IMG/VR virus record: IMGVR_UViG_3300002220_006617
Span: 63,666 to 127,665 of that record
Strand: one strand, 5' to 3'
Length of the DNA stretch: 64,000 nt
DNA from: a virus
Lineage: Duplodnaviria > Caudoviricetes
The notes under the pieces were generated by a model. That model searched no databases, was not told where the DNA came from, and saw only the letters and a program-made list of their open reading frames with translations. Position numbers and translations under genes: made by a program. Of the stretch, positions 58,321-64,000 are shown piece after piece; positions within the stretch are counted from its first letter, which is position 1, and each line of letters opens with the position of its first letter.

Positions 58321-60393
58321 ATGCCAAAAGTCTACGATTCACGGGGACATATCCTCGACTGGGATAAAACCCGGGTACGTGATACCATCCTCCGGGAAAC
58401 CCAGCTGGCCACCAAATTCTACGGGATCCCGCCGGCAACCCCGGAACTGGCCGACGAGGTTGCAGAAGAAGTCAACCAGTTCGTCAAAGATGTCAAACTC
58501 CGCCGGATGAAAGGATCGCTTATCCGGGGCATTATGAACAGTATCCTCATCGAAAAAGGATACATCGACTACGCCAACATCATGTCCCGCGTAGGAGTGC
58601 CTGTCTACGATGCTCACAGTATCGATGTCGGAGAACTGGGCCACGGGGACAACGCAAACCTCCAGGAAAATGCCGAGACTTCACACAAACGAAAGGCTGA
58701 CAGGATCTGCAAGGAACAATACCTCCTGCAACTCCCGCACAAACTGGCCGAAGAACACAATGTCGCCAACCTCCATATCCACGATCTCGAATATTTCGGT
58801 AGCCGGACATTCTGCATGGATTGGGACCTCCGGTATTTTTTCTACTACGGGCTCATGCCAGATGGCAGAGGCGAAAATGCATCTGTGGCAGGACCTGCTA
58901 AAAACCCGGATGTCGCAATGCTCCACTCGGTCAAAGCACTTGGCAGTGCCCAGACCAACTTTGCAGGTGGCCAGGGATACTACAACTTCCTGACGTTTAC
59001 TGCCCCATATCTCGAGGGAATGCCCTACAAAGAGATCAAACAGTACATGCAGATGTTCATCTACGAGATGACGCAGATGATGGTGGCCCGGGGCGGCCAA
59101 ATCGTCTTCTCATCAATCCAGCTCAGCCCCGGTATCCCAAAACTCTGGCGAGACAAGAAAGCAGTATTCAAAGGTATCGTCTCCGACCGGACCTATGGAT
59201 CATTCGAGCGGGAAGTCCGTCTCGCATTCAAGGCCCTGATGGAAGTCATGCTTGAAGGCGATTACTGGGGAAAACCGTTCGCGTTCCCGAAACCCGAGAT
59301 CTCGATCGAACCCTGTTTCCTTGACCTCGACGATCCATATGTCCAGGAATTCAACGGGGCCTGGCCGGAAGTACCGACTTACGCTGACCTGTATCTCCTT
59401 GCATTCGAACTGGCATCCAAATACGGAACGCCCTATTTCGACAACCAGCTCCCGGCATACCGGAACGCAGATTCCGGCGGGGTCTCCTGTTACCAATGCT
59501 GTGCTTACCAGTTCTCAAGCAACGCTGAAACTGACAAGAAATTTGCCGATAAAGTGGATTTCATTGACGGCGCTCATTTCTCCATGGGCGCTTCGCAGGT
59601 GGTCACACTCAACTGCCCGCGGCTGGCATACCGGGCAGACAAAGATGTTGACAAATACATCGACCTGACCAAAAAAGCCATGGATACCTGCATCGAGATC
59701 TTCAAGATCAAACGGAAATGGACTGCTGAACTCATCAGCGCCAACCGCATCCCGTTCGCTACCCAGCGACCAAAAGATCCCATTACCCGGGAACGCGGCA
59801 GCCAGGCAGTTGATTTCGACGGGCTGGTCTATACCATCGGCATTATCGGTATCAACGAAGTAGTCCAACATCTGACCGGTAAACAACTCCATGAAAGTTC
59901 CGATGCTGTCAAACTGGCACTCCGTCTTATGCTGGAGATGAAACGATATGCAGCAGAACTATCCGGAAAACACGGATTCACAATAGCCTTTGCACGAACA
60001 CCCGCAGAAACCACCGCCCAACGCTTTGCAGTAGCCGATCTTATGGACAAGCGATATCGCAAGGATGCTGAGGCTGTAGTCAAAGGAAACCTCAGTGCAG
60101 CCCTCAAAAACCTGGGTAAAAAGATGGACCTGCCGATCTACTACACGAACGGCACCCATGTTTTCCCGGGGGCCCCCATCAATCTGACGCAAAGGATTGC
60201 CATTGAAGGCAAATTCTTCCCACTGATCGATGGCGGCAACATCCTGCATATCTGGATGGGTGAGAAAAAACCCGATCCGGAAGGACTTATGGATTTCACC
60301 ATGAACCTCTGCCAGAACACCAATGTCGGGTATTTCGCATTCACCCGCGACATCACGATCAGCAAAAATGAGTATCGATGGAGACGATCATGA
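58321..60393 (+). CDS. nrdD: Anaerobic (class III) ribonucleotide reductase, catalytic barrel lacking the glycyl-radical tail
   Basis: ATP cone, HIHDLEY, FAGGQG, SCYQCC, TPAETTAQRFA, YYTNGTH, GGNILH; ends without RxxGY. Confidence 0.93.
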   Translation: MPKVYDSRGHILDWDKTRVRDTILRETQLATKFYGIPPATPELADEVAEEVNQFVKDVKLRRMKGSLIRGIMNSILIEKGYIDYANIMSRVGVPVYDAHSIDVGELGHGDNANLQENAETSHKRKADRICKEQYLLQLPHKLAEEHNVANLHIHDLEYFGSRTFCMDWDLRYFFYYGLMPDGRGENASVAGPAKNPDVAMLHSVKALGSAQTNFAGGQGYYNFLTFTAPYLEGMPYKEIKQYMQMFIYEMTQMMVARGGQIVFSSIQLSPGIPKLWRDKKAVFKGIVSDRTYGSFEREVRLAFKALMEVMLEGDYWGKPFAFPKPEISIEPCFLDLDDPYVQEFNGAWPEVPTYADLYLLAFELASKYGTPYFDNQLPAYRNADSGGVSCYQCCAYQFSSNAETDKKFADKVDFIDGAHFSMGASQVVTLNCPRLAYRADKDVDKYIDLTKKAMDTCIEIFKIKRKWTAELISANRIPFATQRPKDPITRERGSQAVDFDGLVYTIGIIGINEVVQHLTGKQLHESSDAVKLALRLMLEMKRYAAELSGKHGFTIAFARTPAETTAQRFAVADLMDKRYRKDAEAVVKGNLSAALKNLGKKMDLPIYYTNGTHVFPGAPINLTQRIAIEGKFFPLIDGGNILHIWMGEKKPDPEGLMDFTMNLCQNTNVGYFAFTRDITISKNEYRWRRS

Positions 60394-61622
60394 AAGCAGT
60401 CCAGGAACAGATCGTCAACAACACCCATCATACCATTTTAAACGGCGATGCAAAACAAGGGTTATCCAGCCTTAAACCTCTGTCCCTGAACAATATCACA
60501 ACCAGTTCACCTTACTGGAACGCACGGGACTACCACGTTGCCAACCAGCTTGGTCATGAAGTCATGCCGGAAGAGTTCATCAAGAACCTTGTTGACATCC
60601 TCTCGGCCGCCTGGCCGGTACTCCGCGATGACGGCAGCCTGTACGCCAACATGGGTGACAAATACTGGGGTGGCGGCAACGGACCAAGCGGCAACTTCGG
60701 CGTCAAAAACTCCGAACGGGTAAACGCATCAAAAGGAATCAAGTACCCGAAACACCCGTATTACAAGAACGGGGACCTCTGCCTAATCCCGGCAAAATTT
60801 GCAATTGCCATGCAGGAATTCGGCTGGTATCTCCGTGAAGAGATAATCTGGCAAAAAGAGAACTGCAAGCCGGAGAGCATCCATAACCGGTGCACAAAAA
60901 ACTACGAGTATGTCTATCATTTCACCAAAAAACCGAAATATTATTACGACTGGTGGGCCATCTCGGAAGAACTCAAACACCCGAATGCAAAAGGCATGAA
61001 ATTCGGCGGTACTAAATACCCGTCTGAAAAATGCGATCCTACCCTGACCGGGAATGTCTATGATGCCAGCAAAATCGGCCGCAAAAACCGGAGGGCCGTA
61101 TGGAATATCCATGTTAAAGGATACCGTGCCGCACATTTCGCAACCTTCCCGTCAGAACTAGCAGAACGCTGCCTCAAAGCAACCACATCCGAATACGGGT
61201 GTTGTTCGGTCTGCGGTGCCCCGTGGGAACGGGTAATCAAGAACACCAAGATACCAGACCGCGAAAGCCAGGTATCCTGCGGTTCAGACGTCAACGGCGA
61301 TTACACCGGAACGGCCGTCAAAGATTACGCAAGTGCCGGCGCTGAAGATGCAAGTAAACTCAAGAAACGAATCCTCAAAGGCATGACATTCAAAGATGTC
61401 AACACCTGGCGACCTACCTGCGGTCACGGTGACGCCCCGATAGTCCCCTGCACGGTCTGCGATCCTTTTGCCGGATCGGGAACAGTCGGTGAAGTCGCAT
61501 ATAAGCTCGGCCTCAACAGCGTCCTGATAGAACTCAGCCCGAAATACTGTGAAGATATCATTCTCCCGAGAATGACCAGTCTGCAGTCGAATGTTGACTT
61601 ACTGAAACTGGTGCTCCTGTGA
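60378..61622 (+). CDS. DNA methyltransferase (N4-C/N6-A, beta class) with Cys-rich insertion
   Basis: TSSPYW motif IV, HFATFP, DPFAGSGT motif I, IEL. Confidence 0.9.
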   Translation: METIMKAVQEQIVNNTHHTILNGDAKQGLSSLKPLSLNNITTSSPYWNARDYHVANQLGHEVMPEEFIKNLVDILSAAWPVLRDDGSLYANMGDKYWGGGNGPSGNFGVKNSERVNASKGIKYPKHPYYKNGDLCLIPAKFAIAMQEFGWYLREEIIWQKENCKPESIHNRCTKNYEYVYHFTKKPKYYYDWWAISEELKHPNAKGMKFGGTKYPSEKCDPTLTGNVYDASKIGRKNRRAVWNIHVKGYRAAHFATFPSELAERCLKATTSEYGCCSVCGAPWERVIKNTKIPDRESQVSCGSDVNGDYTGTAVKDYASAGAEDASKLKKRILKGMTFKDVNTWRPTCGHGDAPIVPCTVCDPFAGSGTVGEVAYKLGLNSVLIELSPKYCEDIILPRMTSLQSNVDLLKLVLL

Positions 61623-62152
61623 CCTACACAACTGAAACAATCTCACGTCCACTGCACCACGTCGAGATTCCCCGGGAAATCGGGGAAGAACTCGATTCTT
61701 TTCAGGACTCCTATAATCTTGAGGACGATGTTAAGATCAAAGAAGCCCTGGCAAATCATATCCTCCAGATCCAGTATGATCTCCTGTACCCGGTTACCAT
61801 AACCGAAGAAACCATCATAAAACTCCAGAAAAACGGGTTCATCCCGCCAACAGAAACGCAATTCAACCGCGATAAATACGCAGCACTGGAACATAAAATG
61901 GAAAAAGATGCAATGACGGCTGTTGAAGCCGGTAAACCAGATCCCCGGGTAAACAGACCCCGTGGGTTCCGCGTCAACCTCAAAGACGGAACTCATTTCG
62001 AAACGATCCTTTCAAAACTCGGTCAGGCCAGCTGGTCAATCAAATCCAAGAAACGACCAGACAAATTTGATCTGATGGGTTGTAACTGGCAGGATTTCGA
62101 AAAATGTATTGTTGAATACTTCGATGTATTATCCATTGAAAAATTAGCCTAA
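61619..62152 (+). CDS. Hypothetical protein
   Basis: GTGA overlap. Confidence 0.6.
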   Translation: MTYTTETISRPLHHVEIPREIGEELDSFQDSYNLEDDVKIKEALANHILQIQYDLLYPVTITEETIIKLQKNGFIPPTETQFNRDKYAALEHKMEKDAMTAVEAGKPDPRVNRPRGFRVNLKDGTHFETILSKLGQASWSIKSKKRPDKFDLMGCNWQDFEKCIVEYFDVLSIEKLA

Positions 62153-62167
62153 TCACGGACGACAACC

Positions 62168-62905
62168 ATGGAAATCAAAAAATCAACCATTGCAGAAGCT
62201 CACGAAGCAGCAGTCAAAGAACTATTGCTGTCCCCGGAAATCGAGATCGAAACATCCCCTGGCAAATGGGAAAAGACCTGGGAACTTGACGAGTCCCTGA
62301 TGCTCATCATCGAGAACCCCCTAAAAGAACATATGGTCAGTGAAGCCGTAATGTTCGGCCCAAAATCCATGAACCAATACCGTACAACCTTCGTCACCCT
62401 CACGCCCCCGCGAGCAGACGGGAAACATGCAACCTACACGTATGGCAACCGTCTCTGCGATTATCCTGTAGCCCGGGACGAATGCACTGCCGAAGGATCC
62501 TGGGCCGGTAACGGCACCGGTGAAGGACTCAACCAGTATGATACTATCATCGAACGGTTAAAGAAAAACCCGGAATCCCGGCGGGCTGTTATGATCACCT
62601 GGGTCCCCGAGATCGATGCCTACGACAACGAACCGCCCTGCTGCCAGAACGTCCACATCATGATCCGGAACAACAAAGTCCACGGCAAATTCCTGTTCCG
62701 GTCCCGGGACGGCCTTTCTGCCATGGGTGAAAACCTGCCGGCCGAAGCCTATTTCCTCGAGCATATCACCAACCGCCTCAACCGGGAATGTCAGACCCAG
62801 TACGAGATCGGAACGCTCACTGACGTTTCGGATTCATTCCATATGTACTGGAAACGAGATGCATCAGAACTCAAAGAGATGAAAAGGGTCCTGCGGGTAT
62901 CATGA
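62168..62905 (+). CDS. thyA: Thymidylate synthase (archaeal ThyA type)
   Basis: YTYGNRL, NQ, SRRA, PPC, FRSRD, N, SFHMY. Confidence 0.88.
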   Translation: MEIKKSTIAEAHEAAVKELLLSPEIEIETSPGKWEKTWELDESLMLIIENPLKEHMVSEAVMFGPKSMNQYRTTFVTLTPPRADGKHATYTYGNRLCDYPVARDECTAEGSWAGNGTGEGLNQYDTIIERLKKNPESRRAVMITWVPEIDAYDNEPPCCQNVHIMIRNNKVHGKFLFRSRDGLSAMGENLPAEAYFLEHITNRLNRECQTQYEIGTLTDVSDSFHMYWKRDASELKEMKRVLRVS

Positions 62906-64000
62906 GCAACGACGAAACGTATAACCCAACTGAAGACTGGACCCGTATCCTCCGGTCACGGTATCGTTCACAACTGTCCGAGATCCAGCGGGAATACCCC
63001 CACAAAAAATCTCTGATCATCGATTACCGGGAAGTTGAACGGGCTGGTGCAGAAGGTATCCGGCTGGCCGACGAACTCCTGGACAACCCGGGAAAAGTCA
63101 TTGAAGATATCATTTATGCCATTCAGGAAGAGGCATTTTGCATTGACTCAAAAAACAAACCCCTGAAAATCAACATACGATTCGTTAATCTGCCCCGACG
63201 TAAACCGGTCCGGCTTTTACGAGTAGAAGATATCAACACCTTCATTTCCATCGAAGGAATGATCCAGAAAGTAACGGCAGTTGAACCAAGAATATCCGAA
63301 GCAGTGTTCCGGTGTCCGGCCGGCCATTTCACCACAAAACTGCAGGGGTACCGGGATTTCAAAGAACCGGAATCCTGCGGGACCGACGGCTGCACGTTCA
63401 AAAAACTCGATCTGATCCCGAAGCGATCCACATTCGTCAATACCCAGAAAGTCAGGATTATTGAGGCTCACGAGAACCTCCGTGGCGGCGAACAACCGCA
63501 AAGCCTGGACCTCGATATCACCGACGATCTTGTCGGGCAGGTCATGATCGGTGACCGCGTGGTAGTCAATGGGACGTTACGGGCAATCCAGAAAACAGCT
63601 CATGGCGAGAAAAGCCCGATCTTTCACATCTACCTGGAAGTCAATTCCTTTGAATTAACCGAGAAAGAGTTCGATGATATTGAACTTACATCAGACGTAA
63701 TTGACAAGATCCTGGAGTTCAGCCAGCGCCCCCACGTAATGGACCTGATCGTATCATCCATAGCCCCCTCAATCTACGGACTGGACCGGATCAAACAGTC
63801 CCTGGCATTACAACTGTTCGGGGGTGTCCCACAGATCCTGCCGGACGGAACTACCATCCGTGGCGACATCCACGTCCTCCTCATCGGGGATCCCGGTGTT
63901 GCCAAATCAAAACTCCTGTCAGCAATCGACCGGATAGCCCCCCGGTGTATCATGACGACCGGTACCGGTTCATCTGCAGCAGGTCTGACCGCAAACGGCA
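62902..64000 (+). CDS. mcm: MCM replicative helicase, 3' truncated (absent from ORF track)
   Basis: MSNDETYNP...YPHKKSLIIDY, Zn finger CPAGH..C....C, GGEQP, IAPSIYG, RGDIHVLLIGDPGVAKS, SSAAGLTA. Confidence 0.95.
   Translation, partial: MSNDETYNPTEDWTRILRSRYRSQLSEIQREYPHKKSLIIDYREVERAGAEGIRLADELLDNPGKVIEDIIYAIQEEAFCIDSKNKPLKINIRFVNLPRRKPVRLLRVEDINTFISIEGMIQKVTAVEPRISEAVFRCPAGHFTTKLQGYRDFKEPESCGTDGCTFKKLDLIPKRSTFVNTQKVRIIEAHENLRGGEQPQSLDLDITDDLVGQVMIGDRVVVNGTLRAIQKTAHGEKSPIFHIYLEVNSFELTEKEFDDIELTSDVIDKILEFSQRPHVMDLIVSSIAPSIYGLDRIKQSLALQLFGGVPQILPDGTTIRGDIHVLLIGDPGVAKSKLLSAIDRIAPRCIMTTGTGSSAAGLTANG

Noticed and set aside
58321-64000. Inteins in NrdD or MCM
   Set aside because: No insertion with a C...HN signature seen; conserved motifs are contiguous in the visible part
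1-64000. tRNA/rRNA genes, integrase or att sites, IS elements
   Set aside because: None recognised by eye; tRNAscan-SE and profile searches were not run, so absence is provisional

Overview
This is a 64-kb segment of a large head-tailed, contractile-tailed (myovirus-like, Caudoviricetes) archaeal virus. The host is most plausibly a Methanomicrobiales-type methanogen; this is inferred from the archaeal MCM and ThyA, the methanogen-type NrdD/NrdH, the RadC, and PKD-repeat adhesins. Layout: (1) 1-13.3 kb, dense + strand accessory genes (dTMP kinase, DUF1848, wHTH, SLOG, RadC, PAPS-reductase family, DUF4326, many Cys-rich mini-proteins). (2) 13.3-18.5 kb, an unusual control region: a GTTAC/GTAAC repeat array with an RHH-like gene, duplicated GC-rich hairpin modules, and small ORFs, several started by a conserved AAAATTACCAAAAG-N10-ATG element. 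(3) 20-55 kb, morphogenesis: protease/scaffold, capsid, neck, sheath, tube, frameshifted tail chaperone, wHTH-papain protease, two ~1300-aa proteins (one with an SNase nuclease domain), baseplate, collagen spike, adhesins and fibres. Many of these genes carry TGACATT about 40 nt upstream of the start codon. (4) 55-64 kb, nucleotide metabolism and replication: metallophosphoesterase, split class III RNR, NrdH, DNA methyltransferase, ThyA, MCM. No terminase, portal, integrase, tRNA or CRISPR was recognised. All family calls come from motif recognition by eye; no database search was run.
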